NCBI GenBank assembly: GCA_043813585.1
Contig: JBDRKW010000002.1
Span: forward strand, 19,182 to 83,181
Length of the DNA: 64,000 nt
DNA from: Candidatus Kerfeldbacteria bacterium
GTDB taxonomy: Bacteria; Patescibacteriota; Patescibacteriia; UBA9570; XYC2-FULL-38-9
Direction of reading: 5' to 3'
Shown here: positions 42,773-51,674 of the stretch, in pieces
Position numbering within the stretch: position 1 is the stretch's first letter
Layout: each line of letters starts with the position of its first letter
Program-made: the position numbers and the translations under genes
The notes under the pieces: model-generated
Seen by the model: only the letters and a program-made list of their open reading frames with translations
Told to the model about the DNA's origin: nothing
Databases searched by the model: none

Positions 42773-43776
42773 AGGATTGATTTCAAGCGTTTTACTGTAC
42801 GATATATGGTATACCAGGTTTGCGAAAGAGGAAACTCTACCGTGCCCGGGTATATGGCGGTTTCCCCGCCAAATCCGGTCTTGAACCGCGTTACGCCCGC
42901 TAACTTATGCTCTGGCTGGTCATCCGGACTGATCCCGTAAAAATCAAACCACGCAAAACCTGCCTCTTTTGCCCGGCGAATGGACTGCCACTGCAGCGCA
43001 TAGGGCGCCATCACGTTCTTCATTTCATCAGACGATGCGCCGTGCAGATAGGTCATGGTGTCGCCGAACCGAATAAGGATATTCACTCCGAGCAGCTTCC
43101 CTTTATATGTGGCGCGCGCCAGTTCAAGCTCGCCTTTCTCGCCCAATACTTCGATCATGTTAAGGTAATACCCTTTCGGATGCAGACGGATGCCGTGCCG
43201 CTGCGCTGTCGTGTCTGCCATGATGTAGAAATCCTCTGCCGGCCCGGCCCAGCCCGCGCCGCTGTTCGATTGCGTCAGGAAATCAACCTCTACGCCTTTC
43301 TTCTCCGCAAGACGGATATTATACCGGGTTTTCTGCTTCATGCCGGCAAGAAGCTCTTCTTCCGACTTACTCAGGTTCAGGATGGATGTAACCGCTGGTT
43401 CAACATCCGGCACCACGCGGCTTTGCGGCATAAGATCGCCGGTCAATGGTTCAAGCCGCCAAAAAACATAATCATACTCTTTCTTCAAAAATTGCTTCAT
43501 CGCTCCAATAACGCCGGCCGTATCAACACCAGCCAACACCACCGGGCCGCGCGGAGAAAACGCAAACGTCTTTCTCATCGGGATATCAAACTCCACAACC
43601 AGGCATGCCGCCACCGGCCTGCCATCCTGCCGAACAAAAAAACGGTGAACCCGCCGGCTGAATCCCGCCTGCACTTCACCCCAGTCCCAAGACTGTAAAA
43701 ACGAAGAATGTTCCGGCGCCTGCTCCGTTATAAACCTATCCCAAGCGCCTTGTTCATGTACCTCTGCAATATCCAT
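42769..43776 (-). CDS. FemAB-family peptidoglycan peptidyl/aminoacyl transferase
   Basis: KTRYNIRLAEKKGV, HGIRLHPKGYY, YLHGASSDEMKNVMAPYALQWQSIRRAKEAGFAWFDFYGI. Confidence 0.75.
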   Translation of the reverse strand: MDIAEVHEQGAWDRFITEQAPEHSSFLQSWDWGEVQAGFSRRVHRFFVRQDGRPVAACLVVEFDIPMRKTFAFSPRGPVVLAGVDTAGVIGAMKQFLKKEYDYVFWRLEPLTGDLMPQSRVVPDVEPAVTSILNLSKSEEELLAGMKQKTRYNIRLAEKKGVEVDFLTQSNSGAGWAGPAEDFYIMADTTAQRHGIRLHPKGYYLNMIEVLGEKGELELARATYKGKLLGVNILIRFGDTMTYLHGASSDEMKNVMAPYALQWQSIRRAKEAGFAWFDFYGISPDDQPEHKLAGVTRFKTGFGGETAIYPGTVEFPLSQTWYTIYRTVKRLKSIL

Positions 43777-43780
43777 CCTT

Positions 43781-44359
43781 CTATGTTATTGATAGCTTCT
43801 TTAGCGCGTCCTTCACCTGCTCTTCAACCGGAGCGTCCGAATCAATGCCATGCAGTACGTCTATAGCTTCTGACTGCGAGTACCCAAGGCCGAGCAGTAT
43901 GTCAATCGCGCCAATCTCTTTTGGAGGGCCGCCCGCAGACGATGACTTTGAATCAGACAACACGGCAATCGAATCCTTCAAGTCAAGCACAATGCGTTCT
44001 GCTGTTTTTTTACCGACACCGGAGACGCTGGATAACAACGCGACATCACCATGGATAATTGCTTTTTTCAAATCCTGCGATGCAAACTCTGATAAAAGAG
44101 CCAGGCCAAGCCGCGCACCGACGCCCGAAACCTGGATCAGCTGTTTGAAAAAAACCAGGTCATCGTATTCCGGAAAACCATAGAGATCCAATGTCGCTTC
44201 ACGGACATACTGATGCGTATACAACTCAATATCCTGGCCGGTGCGAATCTTTTCACGCACGCGATCAGGCACAAAAACCGAATACCCGATTCCCTTAACA
44301 ATAATAATAAGCCCATCCTCCTCGACGCGCTTGACTGTACCGTTTATGTAGCTAATCAT
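43781..44359 (-). CDS. ruvA: Holliday junction helicase subunit RuvA
   Basis: 192 aa. ISYINGTV...GIGYSVFVP OB domain and two HhH motifs (VSGVGARLGLALLS). Confidence 0.92.
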   Translation of the reverse strand: MISYINGTVKRVEEDGLIIIVKGIGYSVFVPDRVREKIRTGQDIELYTHQYVREATLDLYGFPEYDDLVFFKQLIQVSGVGARLGLALLSEFASQDLKKAIIHGDVALLSSVSGVGKKTAERIVLDLKDSIAVLSDSKSSSAGGPPKEIGAIDILLGLGYSQSEAIDVLHGIDSDAPVEEQVKDALKKLSIT

Positions 44360-44406
44360 AGTGAAGTTCTACCGCTATTGTACCATGCGGTCAATTGTTG
44401 AAACAA

Positions 44407-45894
44407 TTACTCTTCATTCTGCGCCGTCGTGTCCCCGGCAGGCAGCGCGGGCGTCTTCGCTGCTTTTACCGCCTTCTTGACTACTCGTTTCTTGATAACC
44501 TTTGTCGAATCAATGAGGAAATGCGATAAATTCCGCTTGCCGATAATCATAGGATACTTAAGGCTGGAGCGGTCGTATACATTCGGCTCGATCGTCATTT
44601 TTAACCCCCCTAATACCATGGCGAGCTTGATATGCATTCGGATAGAAACGCCATGCGAAGACTTCACCACCGACAACCGCGCAATATCCTTGTTCAGTCC
44701 GACCAGATCTTTTTTTACCGTTTCAATCGCCGCATTGGCCTCTTCCTCTGTTTCATATTCGGCAAAATGCTGCGCATCAAACGCGGCAATGGCTTTCCCA
44801 TACCCCAGCTCGCGCGCAAGCGCAATGTCCATCGAACTGTCATCAGCGCCCGTATCGATTTTTGCGCGGATATTTTTCCGGAATTGTTCTTTTCCGATCA
44901 GCGTTACCGGCTCAATGAGCCCGATCACGTGCCGGCCGGTAATGTTAGAAACCTCCTCTGCCAGGTATCCGCCGAACAGGTCTTTTGCAATTGCGATGCC
45001 GCGCTCCGGCGTTTCAACCGTTAATCCGCGAATGCGCTGCAGCCGGTCGCGCAGCGGAATCATATTCGCCACCTGGATTCCCAGGCCCGGCCGCGCGTTC
45101 AACTCCATAACCACCGGACCGCGCTTCTTGTCGACGGAAATATCCACGCCGGCAAACCGCAGCCCGATCACGCGCGCTGCAATAATGGCTGTCTTCAGTA
45201 CCTCGTCCCAGTACGGAACTCGTATTCCGCGCAGGCTCGCGCCGTTGTCCGGATGCTTTTCGATCTCTTTCTCTCCCAGGTAGGACTTCACAACAGCATG
45301 CGTGGTTATCCCGCTCGGTACGTCAACGCCAATGCCGATGCCGCCCTGCGCCAGGTTCGCCCGTCCGCCGGATTTTTTCGTCGGCACGCGCATCATCGCA
45401 AGCACCGGAACGTTGTTGTAAACAATCACGCGAATATCCGGTATGCCGTCTGCTGAAAAACGCTTATACAGCGGATCGCCCGCCAGCCGCGCTTCAAAAA
45501 ACGCGGCGTCCGGCGTATGCAGCAGGGAAAAATTCCCGTCCAGGATATTCATGACATGCGCCGCCAGATCTTCATTGGTAAGCTGCCGACCGCGTGTGGT
45601 CAGCCAGTTTCCGTTTTTCATTTTGTTGTACACGACAATAATTCCCTCGCCGCCCAGGCCGCGCGACGGTTTGATCACAAAACTATTCGGCAAAGAGTCC
45701 CAGTCAAAATCCATGATCTCGGTAGCATGCTTAATCACCGCAATGAGATCAGCGCTCGTGATCCCGTGTTTCATTAAAACGCGCTTCGTCCGAAGCTTAT
45801 CATCTGCAATTTTTCGCGCTCTCTTCTTGTTCTCCCGCAGGTAGATGCTGCTGCGGGCATTCATTCCGAGAACTTTACTTCTTGCTTCCAGCAT
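44407..45894 (-). CDS. fusion protein: RimK-related alpha-L-glutamate-ligase-like ATP-grasp domain plus C-terminal retropepsin-like (clan AA, DTGA) aspartic protease domain
   Basis: N-terminal IKPSRGLGGEGIIVV...VMELNARPGLGI (ATP-grasp). C-terminal GLIEPVTLIGKEQF...AKIDTGADDSSMD...PMIIGKRNLSHFLID with the D-T-G-A catalytic motif. Confidence 0.75.
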   Translation of the reverse strand: MLEARSKVLGMNARSSIYLRENKKRARKIADDKLRTKRVLMKHGITSADLIAVIKHATEIMDFDWDSLPNSFVIKPSRGLGGEGIIVVYNKMKNGNWLTTRGRQLTNEDLAAHVMNILDGNFSLLHTPDAAFFEARLAGDPLYKRFSADGIPDIRVIVYNNVPVLAMMRVPTKKSGGRANLAQGGIGIGVDVPSGITTHAVVKSYLGEKEIEKHPDNGASLRGIRVPYWDEVLKTAIIAARVIGLRFAGVDISVDKKRGPVVMELNARPGLGIQVANMIPLRDRLQRIRGLTVETPERGIAIAKDLFGGYLAEEVSNITGRHVIGLIEPVTLIGKEQFRKNIRAKIDTGADDSSMDIALARELGYGKAIAAFDAQHFAEYETEEEANAAIETVKKDLVGLNKDIARLSVVKSSHGVSIRMHIKLAMVLGGLKMTIEPNVYDRSSLKYPMIIGKRNLSHFLIDSTKVIKKRVVKKAVKAAKTPALPAGDTTAQNEE

Positions 45895-47524
45895 GTTTGA
45901 ACACTTTACGGAACCGGATAAACTCCATAAGCCGCAGGCCGGAGAATTTTCCGACCAAGTAATTAATCACGAGGGTAAGCAGAATCAATTCCGGGTATGC
46001 CAGCATGGTTGTCTTGAACAGCGTCCAGTCGGCAATGAGGAAACCGACAATGGAGAGGATCAGCGTTTCTGCCGTCAGCTTCACCGCCGTCTTGTACCCC
46101 TGTTCAATCTGAACGGAAACGAAGTGCTCGGTGATGACTGTCATGATCAGGATCGGAAAGACGGAAATATTGATCAGCCCAGGCAGGTCAAAGTATGCGC
46201 CAATAAAGAACAGCACCAAAATCGACAGTGCCAAAACGGACAAAACTATCGCCATCCGCGGCAGGTACAGAATTCGCAGCTTGCGGGCGAGGATGCGCGC
46301 AATCGCTCCCAGGATAATAATCGTTAAGAAGATAATCAGCCCGTATTGCAGCCCGGTTTCGAGGAACGCCAAAGCGATAACCGTTGGCGCGAAAATGCCA
46401 AATGCCTTAATCCCCACCAGCTGGCGGGCGGCGGCAATGACGGTTGCCATCACGGGCAGCATGAGGATCAGATAAAGGGAATTCACCGGCACGCCCGTAT
46501 TAATCATATAATTCATCAGGTACGACATGAAATTCAGGGGGCTCAGCTTCTGCAGTCCGCGTTCGGTGTATTCAGTAATGATCTGGTAGGCAGCGCCTGC
46601 TGTTACAAGCGAATTCTGCAGCTCTTCGGGACTCTGCGCTCGTATCGCGTCATCCAGGATCTCCTCGTCTGCCACGACAATGTACTTCGGCTGCAAGCCC
46701 TGGTACGTGCTCTGTGCCGTGCGTGCGCTCGTTGTCAGAGACTGGCTGTTATTCACGGCAACGATTGCCTTGGAGCCAAACCCGAGCGGCTCGAGCGATT
46801 CAGCGTTCAGCGAAGAGATGCGCGACAGCTCGATTAACGAATTCAGGCCGACATTGCCCGCGGTCCAGGTAATAATAATATCGGAAGCAATAAGATCCTC
46901 CTTTGCCTTCGCAATTTTTTGCGCCAGCGTCTGCACAGTCAGGTATTCCTGGCTCACGCCGACTTCACGGATTGATACGACCAGCGCACCCTGCGTCAAG
47001 CCGTATGAGACGAGGCTGTCCACCTGTTCTTTCGTCACGCTGTCGTCAGTGACAAGCATCACCAGCCGGTCCTGCACCGAAACAATCACTTCAGCGCTGC
47101 TCATCCTGTAATTTTTCGACCCCTCCGTTCCGACAGACGTCATCAACGTCACGCGGTAGGTACCGCTTGTCTCATACACATGCGTCGCGTCAATGCCGGT
47201 GGCGTTGGTCCCGTCGCCAAAATCCCATTCAAATAAAATATGCTCGTCTTCCGGGCCGGTCGTGGCTGACGCGTCAAATAACACCGTGCGCCCAACAACC
47301 ACATTCCTGTCTTCGCCCGCGTTCGCCTTGAGCCGGACTTGGCTCTTTGTGGCATTCTCGTTCTGCTGGGCATTTTCAGCCGCCGAATCCGCCGCTGCAG
47401 CAGTATCTTCCGGAGTCTGCGCAACAGCCGCCGCGGGCAATACGGCCCATGACGCAACTGAAAACATCAGCGCGCACAGCGCTGTGACCGTCCATCGGGT
47501 GAAAATTCTGTTCATTCGTATCAT
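45875..47524 (-). CDS. secreted PKD-domain protein with a C-terminal 7-TM bundle (7TM partner of the ATP-grasp/retropepsin system)
   Basis: The track start is TTG 47536; ATG at 47524 or 47515 gives a signal peptide (MNRIFTRWTVTALCALMFSVASWAVLPAAAVA). PKD block VLFDASATTGPEDEHILFEWDFGDGTNATGIDATHVYETSGTYRVTL. About 7 hydrophobic helices in the last 230 aa. 20-nt overlap with the downstream gene. Confidence 0.7.
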   Translation of the reverse strand: MIRMNRIFTRWTVTALCALMFSVASWAVLPAAAVAQTPEDTAAAADSAAENAQQNENATKSQVRLKANAGEDRNVVVGRTVLFDASATTGPEDEHILFEWDFGDGTNATGIDATHVYETSGTYRVTLMTSVGTEGSKNYRMSSAEVIVSVQDRLVMLVTDDSVTKEQVDSLVSYGLTQGALVVSIREVGVSQEYLTVQTLAQKIAKAKEDLIASDIIITWTAGNVGLNSLIELSRISSLNAESLEPLGFGSKAIVAVNNSQSLTTSARTAQSTYQGLQPKYIVVADEEILDDAIRAQSPEELQNSLVTAGAAYQIITEYTERGLQKLSPLNFMSYLMNYMINTGVPVNSLYLILMLPVMATVIAAARQLVGIKAFGIFAPTVIALAFLETGLQYGLIIFLTIIILGAIARILARKLRILYLPRMAIVLSVLALSILVLFFIGAYFDLPGLINISVFPILIMTVITEHFVSVQIEQGYKTAVKLTAETLILSIVGFLIADWTLFKTTMLAYPELILLTLVINYLVGKFSGLRLMEFIRFRKVFKHAGSKK

Positions 47525-47536
47525 AGTACCATTCAA

Positions 47537-48028
47537 TTATGATTCTCGTTGTTGTTGGTTGTGGAGCGCCGCTCCGGCTATCGCAATCGCTACCGCATCT
47601 GCCGCATCATCCGGCTTTGGAACCTCATCCAGCTTAAACAGTATTTGCACAATGCGCTGCACGTCTTTCTTGTCTGCATTTCCTGCGCCGGTGACGATCG
47701 ATTTCACTTCCACCGGCTTTACATCCCGTATCGGGCAGCCCTGCCGCTCCAAAATGTACAGGACGACCCCGCGCGCCTGCCCCACGGCAAACGCCGTCGT
47801 CACGTTCTTTGCAAAAAAGAGCTCCTCCACGCTCGCCAGCGCAATTTCCGGGTACTGCTTCAGAAGCGCTTCCAAATCATTCGCCAATATGTTCAGCCGC
47901 TGAGGCAGCGTCGCTTCCTGCGGCGTACGTATGACCCCGCATTCAACCAGCTCCTGAGCAGGCCCGGTAATATTCACTATTGCAAAACCCGTAATCTCAA
48001 TGCCCGGATCGATTCCCAATACCTGCAT
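47537..48028 (-). CDS. ruvC: crossover junction endodeoxyribonuclease RuvC
   Basis: 163 aa. MQVLGIDPGIEITGFAIV, VEELFFAKNVTTAFAVGQARGV, and acidic catalytic residues. Confidence 0.92.
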   Translation of the reverse strand: MQVLGIDPGIEITGFAIVNITGPAQELVECGVIRTPQEATLPQRLNILANDLEALLKQYPEIALASVEELFFAKNVTTAFAVGQARGVVLYILERQGCPIRDVKPVEVKSIVTGAGNADKKDVQRIVQILFKLDEVPKPDDAADAVAIAIAGAALHNQQQRES

Positions 48029-48036
48029 ACTGCGTA

Positions 48037-48762
48037 TTAAAGGTCAGCGTTAGTATAGACGCCGCTTACGTCATCGTCTTCCTCCAGAGTTTCTATGAGC
48101 TGCTCGCATTTTTCCGCATCCTCCTTCGGCGGAACAATCATGTTCTTCGTAATCCATTCCAGTCCGCTCGAAGCCAGCGTTAAACTTTCCTTATCCAACA
48201 TATCAACCAGCCCATTCAGCTCTTCGCGCGCACATAATATGGTCATTCCCTCTTCTTCACTGCGTATATCTTCGGCACCTGCATCAATGGCAGCCAGCTC
48301 TATGGCGTCCTTGTCCTTTCCTGCGATTTGCTCGCTTGCAATGCGCACAACCCCTTTCCGTTCAAACATGTACATCACGCTGCCGCTGCTGCCCAGCGTC
48401 CCGCCGTTCTTCGTAAGCGTGCTGCGGACGCTCGATACCGTCCGATTCGTATTATCGGTTACCCCTTCAATAATCATGGCGATGCCGCCCGGGCCGTACG
48501 CTTCATACACAACCTCTTCATACACCGCGCCCGGCACCTCGCCAGCGCCTTTAAGGATTGCTTTCTCAATACTATCTTTTGGCATGTTCGCGGCTTTGGC
48601 CTGGTCGATCGCGGTCCGCAGCGCGGGATTCATGTCCGGATCCTTCCCACCTTTTGCGGCAATGACTATATTCTTCGCCACTTTGGTAAAAACAGCGCCT
48701 TTTTTGGCGTCAGATACGGCTTTTTTCCTCTTAATTGTGGCCCATTTCGAATGTCCGGACAT
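48037..48762 (-). CDS. yebC: YebC/PmpR-family DNA-binding transcriptional regulator
   Basis: 241 aa. MSGHSKWATIKRKKAVSDAKKG...KVAKNIVIAAKGG. Confidence 0.9.
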   Translation of the reverse strand: MSGHSKWATIKRKKAVSDAKKGAVFTKVAKNIVIAAKGGKDPDMNPALRTAIDQAKAANMPKDSIEKAILKGAGEVPGAVYEEVVYEAYGPGGIAMIIEGVTDNTNRTVSSVRSTLTKNGGTLGSSGSVMYMFERKGVVRIASEQIAGKDKDAIELAAIDAGAEDIRSEEEGMTILCAREELNGLVDMLDKESLTLASSGLEWITKNMIVPPKEDAEKCEQLIETLEEDDDVSGVYTNADL

Positions 48763-48886
48763 TTTTTATGCAATCAAAAATATCGCATACAATCTACCGA
48801 ATTTTAGCCGAAAAGTCAACGCCCGGCGCTTGCTTGATTTGCCGTTTCAACGGTATCATACAGAAGTTAAGTTTTAATGAATCTCT

Positions 48887-49951
48887 ATGCTCGACCGAGA
48901 ATCAATCAGCAAGCTCGATTCACAACAGATGCTCTCATCCATTGAGGTGCTCGACAAGCAATGCACTGACGCATGGAACGCCACAAAGGGAATGGAATTC
49001 CACGACGCGTACAAGAATATTTCCAACATTGTGCTCTTTGGCATGGGCGGTTCAGCGCTCGGCATCCACGTCGTAAAAACGCTCTTCAGCGACCGGCTGA
49101 ACGTGCCGGTAGAAATCGTAAATGACTATTCCATTCCGGCCACTGTCAACGGACAGACGCTTGCAGTCCTTTCCAGTTATTCCGGCACCACGGAAGAGGT
49201 GGTGACTGTCAGTAAAACAATACTGGAAAAGACAAAAAACGTATTTGTGGTGGCTACCGGCGGCTTCCTCCAGGAGTTTTCAGAGGAGCAGCACCTGCCG
49301 GCCTATATCTTCCATCCTGAATTCAACCCAAGCAACCAGCCGCGCATGGCAGTGGGGTATTCCGTCATGGCCATTCTTGGCGCGTTCACTTCGCTGGGAC
49401 TCCTTTCTGTCACAGATAAGGAAGTTGAGAAGATGGCCTCATTTTTACAGCAGCTGCACGAAACGCTTGGCGCAGATGTTCCGGAGGAACAGAATCCGGC
49501 AAAAAAAATCGCTGCGGAAATCAACGGCAGGCTCCCGATATTTATCAGCTCCGAATTCCTCGTCGGCAGCACGCATGTCTTTACCAACCAGGTAAATGAA
49601 AACGGCAAATGCTTTGCCGGCCGGTTCACCATTCCGGAAATGAACCATCATTTAATTGAAGGGTTCCAGCAGCCGCGCGAATCCCTGGACCGACTCCTTT
49701 TTGTGTTCATCACCAGCGCGTTCTACCATGACCGAAACCAAAAACGGTACGAAGTGACGCGCGGCGTCGTAGAAAAAAACGGCATTGCCGCAACCGAAAT
49801 CAAACTCACCGGAGCGAACCCGTTCATCCAGGCGTTTGAGCTGCTCCTGTTTGGGAGCTACGTCTCATTTTATCTGGCCATACTGACGCAAACCGACCCC
49901 TCTCCAATACCGAATGTCGACCTGTTGAAGAATGAGCTGAAAAAATCTTGA
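48887..49951 (+). CDS. bifunctional phosphoglucose/phosphomannose isomerase (SIS-domain PGI/PMI family)
   Basis: 354 aa. NIVLFGMGGSALG, SYSGTTEE, and tandem SIS domains. Confidence 0.7.
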   Translation: MLDRESISKLDSQQMLSSIEVLDKQCTDAWNATKGMEFHDAYKNISNIVLFGMGGSALGIHVVKTLFSDRLNVPVEIVNDYSIPATVNGQTLAVLSSYSGTTEEVVTVSKTILEKTKNVFVVATGGFLQEFSEEQHLPAYIFHPEFNPSNQPRMAVGYSVMAILGAFTSLGLLSVTDKEVEKMASFLQQLHETLGADVPEEQNPAKKIAAEINGRLPIFISSEFLVGSTHVFTNQVNENGKCFAGRFTIPEMNHHLIEGFQQPRESLDRLLFVFITSAFYHDRNQKRYEVTRGVVEKNGIAATEIKLTGANPFIQAFELLLFGSYVSFYLAILTQTDPSPIPNVDLLKNELKKS

Positions 49952-49976
49952 CACTTCAAACACCCCTTGCTAAGGT
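49948..49976 (+). promoter_or_regulatory. sigma70-like promoter TTGACA-17-TAAGGT overlapping the PGI/PMI stop
   Basis: TTGACA at 49948-49953. 17-nt spacer. TAAGGT at 49971-49976. Confidence 0.4.
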
Positions 49977-50005
49977 CACATCGAGTTCCCGCGGGGAGGC
50001 TTCTG

Positions 50006-50030
50006 GCGGGTTCTACTCCCGCTGCACCCA
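50006..50030 (+). other. tmRNA/tRNA 3'-end-like fragment (T-arm plus acceptor 3' strand) in the leader of the downstream membrane-protein gene
   Basis: GCGGGTTCTACTCCCGC-TGCACCC-A resembles the E. coli ssrA 3' end GCGGGTTCAACTCCCGC-CAGCTCC-A. No complementary 5' acceptor strand, D arm or anticodon arm upstream. Confidence 0.35.
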
Positions 50031-50075
50031 TGCTTGTCAGCGGGAGTTTCTGTATCCACATGCATCAAGATCCGT

Positions 50076-51674
50076 ATGTACAGAAAATCATTATTCCTCG
50101 CATTAAAAAAATGGTGGCTCGATAATCCGTGGATTGCCCCGCTGCTTATTTTTTGCATTGCTGTCGCCGCTTTCTCCCTCTGGCTCGCGTCCCCGACCTT
50201 TGCGGATCCGGATTCCTTTTACCACATCAAGATCTCGGAGATGATGATCAAGAAGCGCCAGGCAATTACGGAATTCCCTTGGCTGCAATTTACGACGCTG
50301 AAAAATGCGTACGTTGACCACCACCTCCTCTATCACGTCTACCTCATACCGTTTATTCTGGCGCTCGGCACGACGGTCGGGGTCAAGCTGGCCACTATCC
50401 TGCTTGGGTCGGGCACCGTGACCTTGTTCTGCTGTCTGCTGCAAAAAATGAAGGTTCGGTATTCGCTTTTATTCTCAATACTACTGCTTTTCTCCTACTC
50501 GTTCGCGTTCCGGATGGGGCTATCGAAAGCTCCCGCAGTCGGATTCCTGTTCCTGACGGGCGGGTTCCTGCTTATGGCAATGAAACAGCATCGCCTCCTT
50601 ATCCTCACGAGCTTTCTGTTTGTATGGTCCTATGGCGGTTTTCTGCTGCTGCCGATCCTTGCCGGTATCTATTCCCTCATTGGGGCCTTCAGGTACGTTC
50701 AAAAAAATGGAAAGGCGTTCGAACGAAAAAAAATGCTCCGTTTGTTCCTGCCTCTCGCGGCAACCGTCGCAGGCACTGCAGCCGGACTGCTCATTCACCC
50801 TTCATTCCCGCAACACATCATCTTTCTCTGGCAACAGATAATTGAAATCGGGCTCATTAACCAGCAAAACGTCATCGGCGTGGGAAACGAATGGTATCCA
50901 TCCGAAATTATCACATTAATCTCGGATAACATACTGGTGGCCGGATTGCTCGCTTCCGGCCTGATTGCTTTTTTTGCCACCACAAAAAAACAGACGACGG
51001 CTTCAATTACTGCTGGTGTCCTGGTATTCATTTTCTTCATTTTTACACTGAAATCGCGCCGATATTCGGAATACTTTATACCATGGGCCGTCCTGTTCTC
51101 CGCGCTCTCCCTTCATCTCAGCGGCGCACTCGATGCCCTTCCCCGCCTGCTGAAAAAAGCAAAGCAAAAAATGAGCTCCAACGCCGTAACCGCGACCGCC
51201 GGAGCCGTTGCCGCCATCTACTGCCTGTTCATCTTCGGCGGTGTTTGTGCAATGGGCGCAGAAAATGTTTACGACTCCCACCATCATGGCATTCCACTGA
51301 CCGACTTTGCAGACGCCGGTAAATGGCTGCGCACCCATAGCAATAAAGGCGATATTGTGTTTCACAGCAACTGGGATATTTTCCCGCAGATGTTCTACCA
51401 CGTGGCACGCGACCGGTTTATTGTCGGCCTTGACCCGACCTTTATGTACAACTACGACCAGGAGTTGTATTGGGAATGGGTGGATATAACTAAAGGAGAA
51501 CAAACAAAAAATCTATATGAAATCATCGGGGACGATTTCAACGCGCGATTCGTCGTTATTGAAAACGACCATACGGCGATGATGAACAACGTCATCGCTG
51601 ACGGCCGCTTTAAGAAAACATACGAAGACGCCTCATACACCATATTCCGTTTACCGCGTGAAAACGGAAACTAA
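50076..51674 (+). CDS. polytopic membrane glycosyltransferase-like protein (GT-C/ArnT-PMT-like fold); family assignment tentative
   Basis: The track start is TTG 50034; first ATG at 50076 (MYRKSLFLALKK...). About 11 TM helices. Early periplasmic loop FADPDSFYH. Soluble C-terminal domain. Confidence 0.5.
   Translation: MYRKSLFLALKKWWLDNPWIAPLLIFCIAVAAFSLWLASPTFADPDSFYHIKISEMMIKKRQAITEFPWLQFTTLKNAYVDHHLLYHVYLIPFILALGTTVGVKLATILLGSGTVTLFCCLLQKMKVRYSLLFSILLLFSYSFAFRMGLSKAPAVGFLFLTGGFLLMAMKQHRLLILTSFLFVWSYGGFLLLPILAGIYSLIGAFRYVQKNGKAFERKKMLRLFLPLAATVAGTAAGLLIHPSFPQHIIFLWQQIIEIGLINQQNVIGVGNEWYPSEIITLISDNILVAGLLASGLIAFFATTKKQTTASITAGVLVFIFFIFTLKSRRYSEYFIPWAVLFSALSLHLSGALDALPRLLKKAKQKMSSNAVTATAGAVAAIYCLFIFGGVCAMGAENVYDSHHHGIPLTDFADAGKWLRTHSNKGDIVFHSNWDIFPQMFYHVARDRFIVGLDPTFMYNYDQELYWEWVDITKGEQTKNLYEIIGDDFNARFVVIENDHTAMMNNVIADGRFKKTYEDASYTIFRLPRENGN

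Noticed and set aside
49983-50033. Full tRNA or tmRNA gene
   Set aside because: Only a T-arm plus 3' acceptor strand is present. No complementary 5' acceptor strand (GGGTGCA or GU variants), D arm or anticodon arm occurs upstream, and the PGI/PMI coding region occupies that space. Retained as a 3'-fragment finding instead.
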